Shown here piece by piece: positions 9,432 to 20,917 of a stretch of 64,000 nucleotides of DNA. Both the position numbers and the translations under genes were made by a program. Numbering within the stretch: position 1 is the first letter of the stretch; every line of letters starts with the position of its first letter. The notes under the pieces were generated by a model, which did no database searches, had not been told where the DNA came from, and was given only the letters and a program-made list of their open reading frames with translations. The DNA is from an uncultured Planctomycetaceae bacterium (GTDB lineage: Bacteria > Planctomycetota > Planctomycetia > Planctomycetales > Planctomycetaceae): contig CAWFGE010000018.1 of the NCBI GenBank assembly GCA_963815195.1, forward strand, positions 32,001 through 96,000. Direction: 5' to 3'.

Positions 9432-9954
9432 CTTTATTACCTGCTAATCCCTCGAGATTGCCGCCATCCGTGGGATTTCCGCCGATGGGCGGGCGCGGCA
9501 TCAGAATTCGAGGGGGCAAGCTACTGAATCTCCCTGCATAGGTCCAGACGGCTTTTTAGGGAGGCGGGTTTCACATTTTAATGGATTTTTGTACAGAAAT
9601 TCGTGCCCCATCGGACGGCGCAAATCCGCCGCCTGACGGAATTTCTCCGTTCCCCTTCTTGAAAAAAAATCCCCCCGCGCGCAAAAATGGAGGTCTGACA
9701 TGCCCGGATTTGTTCCTGGGCCTGGTTCACCTCTCGATTTCTCTCTTTCCAGCGCGGGCGATTCTCTTCACCTTTCCTTACATTCATGTATTGGCCTGTG
9801 CGGAATCACGGTTTCTTGTTCACTCTTTCAATCCCTTCGGGCCAGGGGCCGGTTTGCTTGCCGGGTCCCGGGGCCGACGTTTAGAAATCCATCTCCGCGC
9901 TGGCGGCGGGGCATGGACCGCACGATTGACTTTTAATCTTCTGGAGCACAACTC

Positions 9955-11651
9955 ATGGCTGGCGATTGGCTGCAAAAACTTGTCGACGACGGGGTGATTA
10001 GCCAGGAACAACTCGAGGAAGCCGAATCGATGGCGGGCCGCCACGGCACCACCGTGGACGAGATCCTCGTCAAGATGGGCTACGTCGATCAGGAAGTCGT
10101 CGCCGCGGCGAAGGCGTCCGGCTTCGGATACTCCTCCATCAATCTCGACGAACTGGAGATTCCGGCCAACGTCATCAGCATGGTCCCGGAATCCATGGCG
10201 CGTGAGAACACCGTCATCCCCCTGGAGTTCGAAGGGGGCGTGCTGAAAGTCGCCTTTCACGACCCGATGGCCTTCGATGTTCTGGACAAAGTTCGCTTTA
10301 TGGTGGACAAGGAAATAGAAATGGTCGTCGCTCCCAAACCGTCCATTCAGCGCTGCATCGATCGGCACTACGGGCAATCGGAAACCGAATCGGTGGACTC
10401 GATGATCGCCGAGTTTACGGACACCCAGATCGACGTGACGGAAATCGAGGTCTCCGGCAGCGGGGTGGTGGAGGAAAATGAGAATGCGCCCGTCATCAAA
10501 CTGGTCAACCTGGTGATCGAAGAAGCCGTCAAGATGCGGGCCAGCGACATCCACATCGAGCCCTTCGAGGACCGGATTCGCATCCGCTACCGGATCGACG
10601 GCGGCCTGGTCGAACGCGACACCCCCCCCCGGCGGTTGCTCGGCAGCGATCGTATCAGCGCATCAAAATTATGGTGCGCATCGATATTGCGGAGAAACGC
10701 CGACCCCAGGACGGCCGGATCAAAACCCGCGTGGGCACGTCGGACTATGACCTTCGGATTAGTATTCTTCCGACCAATCATGGACAGGCGATAGTGATGC
10801 GGATTCTGGATCGCGAGAACATCAAGATCGGGATTCGGAACTTAGGTTTCAGTGAAGAAAAGTACAGAACATTCCAAAACATCATCCGCCGGCCGAACGG
10901 GATTTTCCTGGTGACGGGCCCGACCGGGAGCGGGAAAACGACAACTCTGTACAGTGCGCTCGGTGAACTGAACCGTCCCGACCGGAAGATCATCACTGCG
11001 GAAGACCCGGTGGAGTATTATCTGCCGGGGATCAACCAGGTGGAAGTGCGTTCAGAAATCGGGTTCAAATTCGCGCGGATTATTCGCGCGATGTTGCGGC
11101 AGGCCCCCAATGTGATTCTGGTGGGGGAGATTCGCGATTTGGAGACAGCAGACATGGCTATCCAGGCGAGTTTAACAGGACACTTGGTTTTCAGTACGCT
11201 TCACACGAACGATGCGCCCGGTTCTATTACACGCCTGATCGATATGGATGTCCAGCCATTTCTCGTCGCCAGCTCGGTGATGGCCGTCATGGCCCAGCGG
11301 TTGGTGCGGACGATTTGCCCCAAATGCAGAGAATCATACAAGCCCGATGCGAGCGAATTGCAACACTTTAACATAACGCCTGAACAGGCAGCGGCCGCAA
11401 CGTTCGCGCGGGGCCGGGGCTGCAATCATTGCCAGCACACAGGCTATCGCGGCCGCAAAGCCGTGTTCGAATTGATGACCATGAACTCCACCCTCCGGGA
11501 AATGACCTTCAAGAGCGAGCCGACGCAGGCCATTCGCCGGCAAGCCCGGCTGTTCGGCATGAAAACGCTGGTCGATGATGCGAAAGACAAGGCGATGCAA
11601 GGAGTTACAACGCTCGCTGAGGTTTACAAACTCGAATCGAGCCGGGATTGA
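9955..11651 (+). CDS. pilB: PilB/GspE-type assembly ATPase 1 (frameshift near 10650)
   Basis: MshEN-like N-terminus, [48 protein letters not shown], CxxC...CxxC. Spans ORFs 9955..10794 and 10671..11651. Confidence 0.9.
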
Positions 11652-12002
11652 GATTCCCAAGCCCAAACCGGATGGCCCGACGACCGCTTCGGCTTTCTGG
11701 CGGGAGAACTTGGCGGTTCCACCCACTCCTTGAGCGAAAGTCCGCTCACCCCTGCGGTGGAACCTTCAATGACCGCAACCACAAAATAACACCAAAAGCC
11801 GTCGCGAGGTGTTGCATTTTGCAACAGACCAACAGGGTCAAAGAAGGTCAGGGGTTTTCACAGGTTCTTCACGTCTTTTCCGCCACGCTTGGCTGTAACT
11901 CGGCGGAATCCCAGTTGTTAGGATTTCGTGCCGATTTGAGATTTTTTTGATATTTGTTTCCGGTCACTCCATAATTCCCCAACTTTCGAGGACCATCATC
12001 AC

Positions 12003-13137
12003 ATGCCCAACATTCAAATTGACAAGTTGCTGGAAACCGTTGTCCGGGAGAAAGTCAGCGATTTGCATATTTCCTGCTACCAGCCGCCGGTGGTGCGGTC
12101 GGGTGGCCGGATGGTGAAATTGGAGACGAAATCTCTGGAGCCCGACGATATGTGTCTCGCTGATGAAGAGCATCACGCCGGAACGCAATCAGCAGGAACT
12201 CCAGGAAGTGGGCGGGACCGACTTCGGTTTCGCGTTTGGAGATAAAGCCCGGTTTCGCGTGGCGGTGTTCAAGCAGCGCGGGCATGATCGGCATGGTGCT
12301 GCGGCGGATTCCGAACGAGTTTCTCACGTTCGAGCAACTCGGCCTGCCTCCGGTGATCGAGGAATTGATCCAGCGCCCGCGGGGCCTGTTTCTGGTGACC
12401 GGGCCGACGGGGAGCGGCAAGACCACCAGTCTGGCGAGCATGATCAACTGGATGAATCACAACATGGACCACCACATCATCACGCTGGAAGACCCGATCG
12501 AGTATTACCACAAGCACAAGAAGTCGCACGATCAATCAGCGGGAAATCGGCGTGGACGTGCCCGAGCTTCCCCGAAGCCCTTCGCCGGGCTTTGCGGATG
12601 GATCCCGACGTGATTCTCGTGGGGGAAATGCGGGACCTGGAAACGATTTCCGCGGCCATCACCGCGGCGGAAACGGGGCACGTCGTGTTCGGCACCCTGC
12701 ACACCACCGGGGCCCAGGGCACGGTCGACCGGATCATCGACGTGTTCCCCACCAACCAGCAGGAGCAGATCCGCACGCAGTTGTCCGTGGCCATCATCGG
12801 GATTCTCAGCCAGGCCCTCTTGCCGAGAAAGCCCAAAGGCCTCGTCGCGGCTTACGAAATGCTGGTCGTGACGCCCGCGATCGCCAACCTGATTCGCGAA
12901 GCCAAGACCTACCGCATCAACTCGTCGATTCAAACCGGGCGGAAATACGGCATGCAACTGCTCGACGATGCCCTGTTCAACCTCTGGAAAGACGGGCTCT
13001 GCGAAGAGAAAGACGTGATTTTCAAATCCAATCGCCCCGGCGAACTCAAAGTCCGCATCGAACGGGCCAAGCGCGGCTTGTTCGAGGAAGAAATGGGCGG
13101 CGAGGACGACGACGACGAAGAGTGGGACGATGAATAA
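12003..13137 (+). CDS. pilT: Type IV pilus retraction ATPase PilT (several frameshifts)
   Basis: [69 protein letters not shown], distributed over three frames. Confidence 0.9.
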
Positions 13138-13145
13138 GCCGAGCC

Positions 13146-13192
13146 CAAGCCGACGCTTTCGCGCCGGTCCGCCGGCAAGCCGGCGGCTTGGG
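13146..13192. repeat. REP-like palindrome, family B (CCCAAGCCGACGCTTTCGCGCCGGTCCGCCGGCAAGCCGGCGGCTTGGG)
   Basis: Directly after the pilT stop. A reverse-complement copy lies at 16584-16632. Confidence 0.85.
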
Positions 13193-13350
13193 TTTTCGAT
13201 GCGACGATACAGACGACGCAAGACAATTCAAAAAAGCGGGCCGGGTTCTGACGGTTCGATTCGCTAGTCAGCGGTTTAACAATTCATTCGGGGACCTCGC
13301 TTTTTCGCGTGTTGCGGGAGATGCTTCCCAATAAACCGGAATTCAATTCG

Positions 13351-15058
13351 ATGCCACAACGCAAACTGGGCCAGATTCTGGTCGATCTGGGGTATCTCAC
13401 CGAAGATCAGCTTTGGGACGTGCTGGAAGAGCAGAAGCAGAGTCCCGGCGAGATCATCGGGCAGGTGGCGATCCGCATGGGCCTGGTGACGGACGACCAG
13501 GTCACGGAAGCCCTCGCCGAGCAGTGGGGCATGCCGGTCGTCAATCTCGCCGAGACCAACATTCCGCCCAAGGTGCTGGAACTCGTCCCGCAGACGATGG
13601 CCGAGATCTACAAGATCATGCCCATCTCGGTGAAAGACGACGTGCTCACGGTGGCGATGGCCGACCCGCAGAACGTCGGAGCCTTGGACGATCTGCGGAA
13701 CTTTCTGGGCTACGACGTGCGGGGCGCGGTGTCGAATCCGCAGGACGTCGAAAACGCGATCCAGGCCAACTATGCCGACAAGCAGGACAGCATCGAGGAC
13801 GTCATCAGCGGCCTGGAAGAGGAACTCGAAGAGGACGCAGGCGGCAAAGGCTACAGCCTGGACGAGGAGATGGAATCGGGCAACACCGCGCCGATTCGCA
13901 AGCTGCTCAACATGGTGCTGCTGCTCGCGATCAAAGACCAGGCGCGCGACATTCACTTCGAGCCGTTCGAGGACGAGTTCAAGATCCGCGTGCGGGCGGA
14001 CGGCGTGCTTTACGAAATGGTCCCGCCGCCGCGGCACCTGGCGAACGCGATCGTCTCCCGGATCAAGGTCATGGCCGACCTGGACATCGCCGAGCGCCGG
14101 CTGCCGCAGGACGGGCGGATCGAACTCAACGTGGGCGGGAATCCGGTGGACCTGCGGGTGAGCGTTCTGCCCACCATGTTCGGCGAAGCCGTCGTCATGC
14201 GGGTGCTGGACCGCACCGTGGTGCAACTCGACCTCAACAAGATCGGCATGGACGCGGGCACGCTGGGCAAGTTCCGGCAGATCATCAAGGCCCCCAACGG
14301 CATCGTGCTCGTGACGGGTCCGACGGGCAGCGGCAAGACGACCACGCTCTATTCCGCCCTCAACGAACTGAACGACATCGAAACCAAAATCATCACCACG
14401 GAAGACCCGATCGAATACGACATCGACGGCATCGTCCAGGTGCCCGTCAACCCGGACATCGACGTGACCTTCGCCAACGTGCTGCGGGCGATTCTGCGGC
14501 ACGATCCGGACGACATCCTCGTCGGGGAAATCCGCGACTACGAAACGGCGGAAATCGCCATCCAAAGTCGCCCTGACGGGGCACCTCGTGTTCAGCACGC
14601 TGCACACGAACGACGCCCCGAGTTCCATCACCCGCTTGTTGGACATGGGCGTGCCGCCGTTTCTGATCACGGCGACGGTCGAGGCGATTCTGGCGCAGCG
14701 GCTGGTCCGCCGGATTTGCAGCGAATGCCGGACCGAGTTCGAGCCGAGCGACGATCTGCTGATGGAACTGCAACTGCCCATCGAGCAGGCCCGCAGATAC
14801 AAGTTTTACTACGGCAAAGGCTGCGCCCGCTGCAACAACGGGGGCTACAAAGGCCGCAGCGGGATTTACGAGTTGCTCATCATGACCGACGAGATTCGCG
14901 ACATGATTTCCAGCAACGCGAACGTGGACGAAATCCGCAACTACGCCCGCACGCAGGGCATGACCACCCTCCGCGAAGCCGGGCTGAAACTGATCTTCGA
15001 CGGCGTCACGACCATCGATGAAGTCGTCCGCGAAACCATCTCGGAAGACGTGGAATGA
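13351..15058 (+). CDS. pilB: PilB/GspE-type assembly ATPase 2 (frameshift near 14570)
   Basis: [11 protein letters not shown]shEN motif, [21 protein letters not shown], then [10 protein letters not shown] and CSEC/CARC in the shifted frame. Confidence 0.9.
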
Positions 15059-15087
15059 CAACCGAAAGTGACGACCGAGTTTTTGAC

Positions 15088-15254
15088 AAATCCGAATCTC
15101 GAAATCCGAAACAAATCCCAATGTTCCAATTTTCAAATTCCAAACCGGCAACATCGGCAGCCTGTCGAGGCGACGGAGACTCGGCCGGGTTTGGAACATT
15201 CGGATTTGGGATTTTGAATTTGTTTCGGATTTCGAGATTCGTGCTTCGGATTTC
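15088..15254. repeat. Long imperfect inverted repeat built from AAATCCG/AAATTCC-like heptamers
   Basis: aaatccgaatctcgaaatccgaaacaaat... mirrored by ...atttgtttcggatttcgagattcg...ttcggattt, between pilB2 and pilC. Confidence 0.8.
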
Positions 15255-15322
15255 CAGTAGATAACATACGGATCGAGAATTAACTTCAGGGGTTTCCCTT
15301 CCTTTACTGGCGGAGAGAGTCG

Positions 15323-16570
15323 ATGCCTGTTTTCCAATATGAGGCCATGGACAACACGGGCCTAGAGATCAAAGAAACGATCGAAGCCGCGAACGAAGCG
15401 GAAGCCCAGCAGAAGATCCGCGACAAAGGCTTTTTCGTCACGAAGATTCAAGAACGCGCGAAGGCCAAGAAAAAGAAAAAAGCCGCGGAGAAAAAGCCCG
15501 GCGGCAAGAAGAAAAAGGGCGGGTTCTCCTTCGGGAGGGTCAAGGCGAAAAAGCTGTGCACCTTCACCCGGCAGCTTTCCACGCTCCAGGATGCGGGCCT
15601 GCCCATTTTGCGGTCGCTCCGGATTCTCGAAGGCCAATCCAAGCCCGGCCCGCTCAAAAATTCGCTGATCGACGTCATCGAAGACATCGAAGGCGGGAGC
15701 ACGCTCTCCGAAGCGATGGCCAAGCAGCCCAAGGCCTTCGACAACCTCTACGTCAACATGGTCAAAGCCGGGGAAGCCGGCGGGGCCTTGGAAGTCATTC
15801 TGCAGCGGCTCGCGGAGTTCAAAGAGCGTTCCCAGAGCCTGAAGCGCAAAGTCCAGGGGGCCATGATTTATCCGTGCGCGGTGATCTTCGTCGCCACGTC
15901 CATCGTGGGCTTCATCATGTACTACATCATTCCGAAGTTCAAAAAGATCTTCGAGGACTTCGGGACCGAGCTGCCGGGCATCACCATGCTGCTCATCAGC
16001 ATTAGCGACATGGTCGTGAGCTACTTCTACCTGGGGCCGGCGATCCCGATCGGGTTCTATCTGATGATCAAGCTTATCAAAAAGAACAAGCACGGCGAGT
16101 ACGCGGTGGACTGGCTGGCGCTGCGGATCCCGTTACTGGGGAAGATTCTGCAGAAGTCGATCACGGCCCGCGTGGCCCGGACGCTGGGAACGCTGATTGC
16201 CTCCGGGGTGCCGATTTTGGAGGCGTTGATTATCGCCCGGGACACGGCGGGCAACGCGGTGTTCCGGAAGGCGTTCGACCAGATCTACGCGGCGATCCGC
16301 GAAGGGGAATCGATGGCCGTGCCCCTCAAGGAGACCCGCATCGTGGACGACATGGTGGTCAACATGGTGGACGTGGGCGAAGAGACCGGAGCCTTGGACG
16401 AGATGCTCTACAAAGTCGCCGACGTGTACGACGAAGAAGTCGCCGTCTTGGTGGAAGGGCTGATCAGCATGCTGGAACCGTTGATGGTGGTGGTCCTCGG
16501 CTTGATCGTGGGCTTCATCGTCATCGCCTTGTTCATGCCGCTGATTAAACTGCTGAACGATTTGTCATAG
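15323..16570 (+). CDS. pilC: PilC/GspF inner-membrane platform protein
   Basis: FTRQLSTLQDAGLPI, LYVNMVKAGEAGGAL, AMIYP, VGEETGAL, LEPL...LFMPL. Confidence 0.95.
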   Translation: MPVFQYEAMDNTGLEIKETIEAANEAEAQQKIRDKGFFVTKIQERAKAKKKKKAAEKKPGGKKKKGGFSFGRVKAKKLCTFTRQLSTLQDAGLPILRSLRILEGQSKPGPLKNSLIDVIEDIEGGSTLSEAMAKQPKAFDNLYVNMVKAGEAGGALEVILQRLAEFKERSQSLKRKVQGAMIYPCAVIFVATSIVGFIMYYIIPKFKKIFEDFGTELPGITMLLISISDMVVSYFYLGPAIPIGFYLMIKLIKKNKHGEYAVDWLALRIPLLGKILQKSITARVARTLGTLIASGVPILEALIIARDTAGNAVFRKAFDQIYAAIREGESMAVPLKETRIVDDMVVNMVDVGEETGALDEMLYKVADVYDEEVAVLVEGLISMLEPLMVVVLGLIVGFIVIALFMPLIKLLNDLS

Positions 16571-16583
16571 TGATTCTCCACGT

Positions 16584-16632
16584 CCCAAGCCGCCGGCTTG
16601 CCGGCGGACCGGCGCGAAAGCGTCGGCTTGGG
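16584..16632. repeat. REP-like palindrome, family B (inverted copy)
   Basis: Reverse complement of the copy after pilT. Confidence 0.85.
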
Positions 16633-16694
16633 CAAAACCCATCCGAGTTTCACTCACTTGGAAACAAAGTCCCTCGAGAAGGAGAGACAGCGAG

Positions 16695-17570
16695 ATGCGT
16701 CCTTCCCCGAATCCAAATCCGACCCCCACCCAGAATAGGTTTCGCCGGGCGGGTTTTACGCTCGTCGAATTGATGATCGTGATGTCGATCATCGCCCTGT
16801 TGATCGGTTTGCTGGTGCCGGTGCTCGCGCACGTCAGGCAGAACGCGACGATCGTCCAGGTCAGAACGGAAATCGACGGCTTTACGGGGTCGATCACGCA
16901 GTTCAAGTCGAAGTTCGGCATCGAGCCGCCCAGCCGGATCACGATTTACAACAACGCCGCCGGCTGGAAAAGCGATCCGCGGAGCACACAATTGATCCGC
17001 AAGATCTTTCCGCAGTTTAATTTCGCCGGGTCCGGCGGGTTGCCGGCGGGGCTCAGTTACCCCGTGACGCTGGACGGCCCGGAATGCCTGGTGTTCTTCT
17101 TAGGCGGCGTGCAGGATTCGAGCGGCGCGCTCATCGGCTTCTCGAACAACCCGGCCTTGCCCTTTCTCACCAGCGGCAAATCGCGGATCGGGCCGTATTT
17201 TTCGTTCGATCTCGGCCGGCTTCAAGACGCGGACGGCGACAAGTTCGTGGAATACCGCGATCCCATCTCGGGACAATCCGAGCCCTTCATCTACCTGAGC
17301 AGCTATGACGGGGCCGGCTACAACACGGCGGACCTCGGCACCCTGTCCGGCGGAACGAGCCCGGCCCGGATGGCGAACATCTATGTCCAAAGCTCCGGCG
17401 GCGCCGCTTGGAAGCCGAAGTCCTTCCAAATCATCTCGCCGGGCTTTGACTTCGCTTACGGTCCGGGAGGCGTGTATTCCACATCGACGGCCGACACGGC
17501 TCTCGCCGGACCCCGCGAAGCCGAGCGCGACAACATCACCAACTTCTCGAGCGGCCTGCTCGCCCCGTAA
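16695..17570 (+). CDS. Prepilin-type N-terminal cleavage/methylation protein
   Basis: RRAG|FTLVELMIV with E5, a DADGDKFVE Ca-type loop and a C-terminal FQIISPGFD..YG motif. Confidence 0.9.
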   Translation: MRPSPNPNPTPTQNRFRRAGFTLVELMIVMSIIALLIGLLVPVLAHVRQNATIVQVRTEIDGFTGSITQFKSKFGIEPPSRITIYNNAAGWKSDPRSTQLIRKIFPQFNFAGSGGLPAGLSYPVTLDGPECLVFFLGGVQDSSGALIGFSNNPALPFLTSGKSRIGPYFSFDLGRLQDADGDKFVEYRDPISGQSEPFIYLSSYDGAGYNTADLGTLSGGTSPARMANIYVQSSGGAAWKPKSFQIISPGFDFAYGPGGVYSTSTADTALAGPREAERDNITNFSSGLLAP

Positions 17571-17580
17571 GTTGGAAAAA

Positions 17581-17619
17581 CCCCCTCACCCTAACCCTCT
17601 CCCCCAAGGGGAGAGGGGA
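17581..17619. repeat. REP-like hairpin CCCCTCACCCTAACCCTCTCCCCCAAGGGGAGAGGGGA
   Basis: Widespread type of intergenic palindrome with a CCTCTCCCC/GGGGAGAGG stem. Confidence 0.75.
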
Positions 17620-17652
17620 CAAAACCGATGGCCCGAACCGGGAAGAATCGAC

Positions 17653-18745
17653 ATGAGACGCAATCCAGTCCAGAACCAATCCGCAGCCAGGCCCCGGCCG
17701 GTTTCGACGGGCTTTACGCTGCTCGAACTCTTGGTGGTGATGGGGATCATTGTGTTCCTGGTGTCGTTATCGGCCGTGGTGATGCGGAATTTCATCACCA
17801 CGTCCCGCGAAGCCAAGACCAAAACCATGCTCACCAAGCTCAACGGGATGATCACCAAGCGGGTGAACGATGTGAACATGGCCATCCAGGCCCAGGACCG
17901 CTCCGGCTCGAAGTATTTGTACGATCCATCCTTGTACAACGGGGTGTCGCCGCTGGTGCTCGCGGGCAATTACGCGCCGCGGGCCAAAGTTTTGGGACAG
18001 AAGGCCCTCTTCCGCAACGCGTTTCCGCAGACGCTCGCCGAGGCGAAAAACGCGGGGATCACCTTACCCTCGAACTACATACCGGCGAATGACAATCCCG
18101 TGACGCAGAGTTCGGAAGCGCTGTATCTGACCTTGACGCAGGGGGCGTCCTTCGGCCCGCCGCCGGTGGATTTGGATGCCTTCAAATCGGACGAGATCGA
18201 CGATACCGACGGCGATAAGTTGATGGAGTTCGTGGACGGCTGGGGCCAGCCGATCCGGTTTTACCGCTGGCCGACCCGCCTGGTCCGCCCGGCTCCCCAA
18301 GGCAGCGAAACGACCGCCCAAAGTCTGGACAAGAACGGGAACTATGTTTACGGCGTCAACATCAAGGACTATTCGGCCGGTAATCCCGGCTCCGGATACA
18401 GCCCAGTTGTTCTTCGGTCCGAGCATTCCCACCACGGAACTGAATAAGGATCCCGACGACAAGCTGGGGATGACGAACCGGGCCAGTTGGATGTTCGTCA
18501 CCAACTCCGGCAAGATGCAGATGACGCCCGCCTTGTTCGAGACGACGTATCCCAAGACGACCCCCGACACGTGGTCGCTGCCCCTGGTGATCTCGGCCGG
18601 CTTGGACGGTGAAATGGGGATTTACGAACCTTACGACACGGCCCACTTCGGCCATTTGGCGCAGCCGCAATACGTGGACGCCAGCGGCAACGCCGTCTTG
18701 GAAGCGATGCTGGACAACTTTTCGAATCGAATCGTAAAGCCATGA
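17653..18745 (+). CDS. Prepilin-type protein (frameshift near 18400)
   Basis: G|FTLLELLVV, DTDGDKLMEFVDGWGQPIRF, then PLVISAGLDG in the next frame. Confidence 0.85.
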
Positions 18746-19730
18746 TGAGATCGGCAATGGTGACCTGTCGGCGAAAGCCTCAAAACAATCCGGATCCGCC
18801 CCGGCCGGGTTTCACGCTTGTGGAACTTCTGGTGGTGATCGGCATATTGATTGTGCTGACCACGCTGACGGTCAGCATGGTCAACATCACGCAGGACGAG
18901 GACCGCGTCCGCGCCGGGGCCGCCCAGGTGCAATCGTACCTGGAAGGCGCCGCGACCGCGCGATCCATGCCAAGGAACCCCGCGGCGTGCGGCTTCTGAT
19001 GGATCCCAACATCCCCAACACCGTCAGCAGCCTGATCTACATCGGCCCGCCGGAACGGTATAAATTGGGCACGATCGCGATCAACAAACAGAACGGGCAG
19101 GTCTTCCCCGCGGGGAACGCCGGCTGGAACAACCTGCTCGCCCGCGGGCTGATCTCCAGCGGGGCGGTGCTCCGCATCGGCGAGAACGAAGCGTTCTACA
19201 CGATCCGCGTGAATTATCGCGACAATAACCCGAACAACTTCAGCCCCAACAACGTGCAGTTCTTCCTGACGAAGCAATACAACGGCCAGCAATACAGCGG
19301 GCTCGAATACGTGCTGCAACTCAATCCCACCGTGCTCCCCAACCAGGAGCCCCGCCAGTTTCCGCGGGACGTGGTCATCGATTTGAACAACAGCCGGCTG
19401 CCCGTGTCCTGGGGCACGTCGGGGGCTTACGCTCCCAACATGGACGTGCTGTTTTCGCCGCAGGGCACGGTGACGGGACTGGTGGCCTCGACCGGGGTGT
19501 TGAATTTCGTCCTGGCCGATGCCGCGGATGTCGCCCAGGGGCTCCCGGTCGGTTCGCCGAACAAGGAAGGCCAAGAGCGGGTGGTGGCGCTCCGCACGCA
19601 GACCGGGAACATCTCGGTGCATTTCGTGGATCCCACGGACAACGTCAACAACTCCAACGGGAACGCCGGCGCGGACGGGAACGCCGACGATCCCTTCCAT
19701 TTTGCCGCGATCGGAGAGGTGGCCCAATGA
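18742..19730 (+). CDS. Prepilin-type FimT/GspH-like protein (frameshift near 18950)
   Basis: G|FTLVELLVV...VQSYLEGA(RDRA), continuing in ORF 18987..19730 with a DVLFSPQG motif. Confidence 0.8.
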
Positions 19731-20917
19731 AACGACGACAGCCTCGCCCGAACACTCCCTTGCCCCGCCGGGGCGGGACGACGCTCACCGAAGTGCTGAT
19801 GGCCTTATTGTGCATGGGCATCGGCGTGGTCGCGGTGGCCTCGCTGTTTCCGATCGCGCTGTTGCGGTCGGTGCAGGCCACCCAACTCACCCAGGGCACC
19901 GTCCTCCGCTACAACGCGGAAACGCTGATCGACGTGTACGACGCGATTCCCGGTCCGGGGGATACGTATCCCGCGAATGCCGCGAAATTCCGCAACCTCG
20001 TGTTGAATCCCAACTACGACGGGAATTTCTCCGAGCACTTCATCAATCCGACCGTCACAGGCAATCCGAACGTCAATCCTTACCTCGTCGATCCGTTGGG
20101 GTGGAGCATCATCAATTCGGACGGGGTCGGCACGCCCGGTTACGTCGGCAACCTCGCGCGGTACAATTTCACCATCACCACCGAAGCGGCGGCGACCAGT
20201 TTTGTCACGCTGCCCGATAGTTGGAACACGATGTACGACGCCACGTCCAATATCGCCGCTCCCTTCGCCAACACCGCGACGTCGATCACGATCCCGCCGA
20301 GTGCGGGGGTGGATCTCGCGGATGTGACCAACATCGTCGGCAGCGGCGGCTCGGTGCGGATTGTGCTGTTCAATCAGAACTTCCGGATGAGCGAAGTCCG
20401 GCCCTTGGCGCTCGCGTCCCAGATCAGCGGCAACACGATCAGTTGGACCAATCCGCTGCCGAATAACGGGCTGTATTACAACGGCACGAACGGCAACGGC
20501 CAGGTCACGCGGATTCGGATCGAGCTACAAGAGCGGCGGTATACCTGGCTGCTCACCGTGCGAAACTTTACGCCGAGCAGCGCCAGCGACGCCGCCCAAG
20601 CCCAGGCGAGCGTGGACGTGGTGATTTTTTTCAACCGGGCCCCCTCGGCTTTGGAAGAGACCGTTTTTGGTTTGAGCAAGACCGATGCCGGCGGCAATCC
20701 GCTGCCGGTCCGCGTGTACCGCGTCATCGGCACCAATCCATTTCTGAAGAAGGGCGGGTATCTGTTGGACACGGTCAACGGGACCTGGCATCGCCTGCAA
20801 AGCGTGGATGACATGAACCAGCTCATCACGCTGGAGAAGAACGCGGCGAACCCGCTGACGAAGGGCGTGTTTATGAAGGGCGTCATCGAAGTTTATCACC
20901 TGGGGACCAAGCCATGA
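19727..20917 (+). CDS. PilV/GspI-like minor pilin
   Basis: RRGG|TTLTEVLMA...VASLFPIA. ATGA-coupled to its neighbours. Confidence 0.8.
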   Translation: MKRRQPRPNTPLPRRGGTTLTEVLMALLCMGIGVVAVASLFPIALLRSVQATQLTQGTVLRYNAETLIDVYDAIPGPGDTYPANAAKFRNLVLNPNYDGNFSEHFINPTVTGNPNVNPYLVDPLGWSIINSDGVGTPGYVGNLARYNFTITTEAAATSFVTLPDSWNTMYDATSNIAAPFANTATSITIPPSAGVDLADVTNIVGSGGSVRIVLFNQNFRMSEVRPLALASQISGNTISWTNPLPNNGLYYNGTNGNGQVTRIRIELQERRYTWLLTVRNFTPSSASDAAQAQASVDVVIFFNRAPSALEETVFGLSKTDAGGNPLPVRVYRVIGTNPFLKKGGYLLDTVNGTWHRLQSVDDMNQLITLEKNAANPLTKGVFMKGVIEVYHLGTKP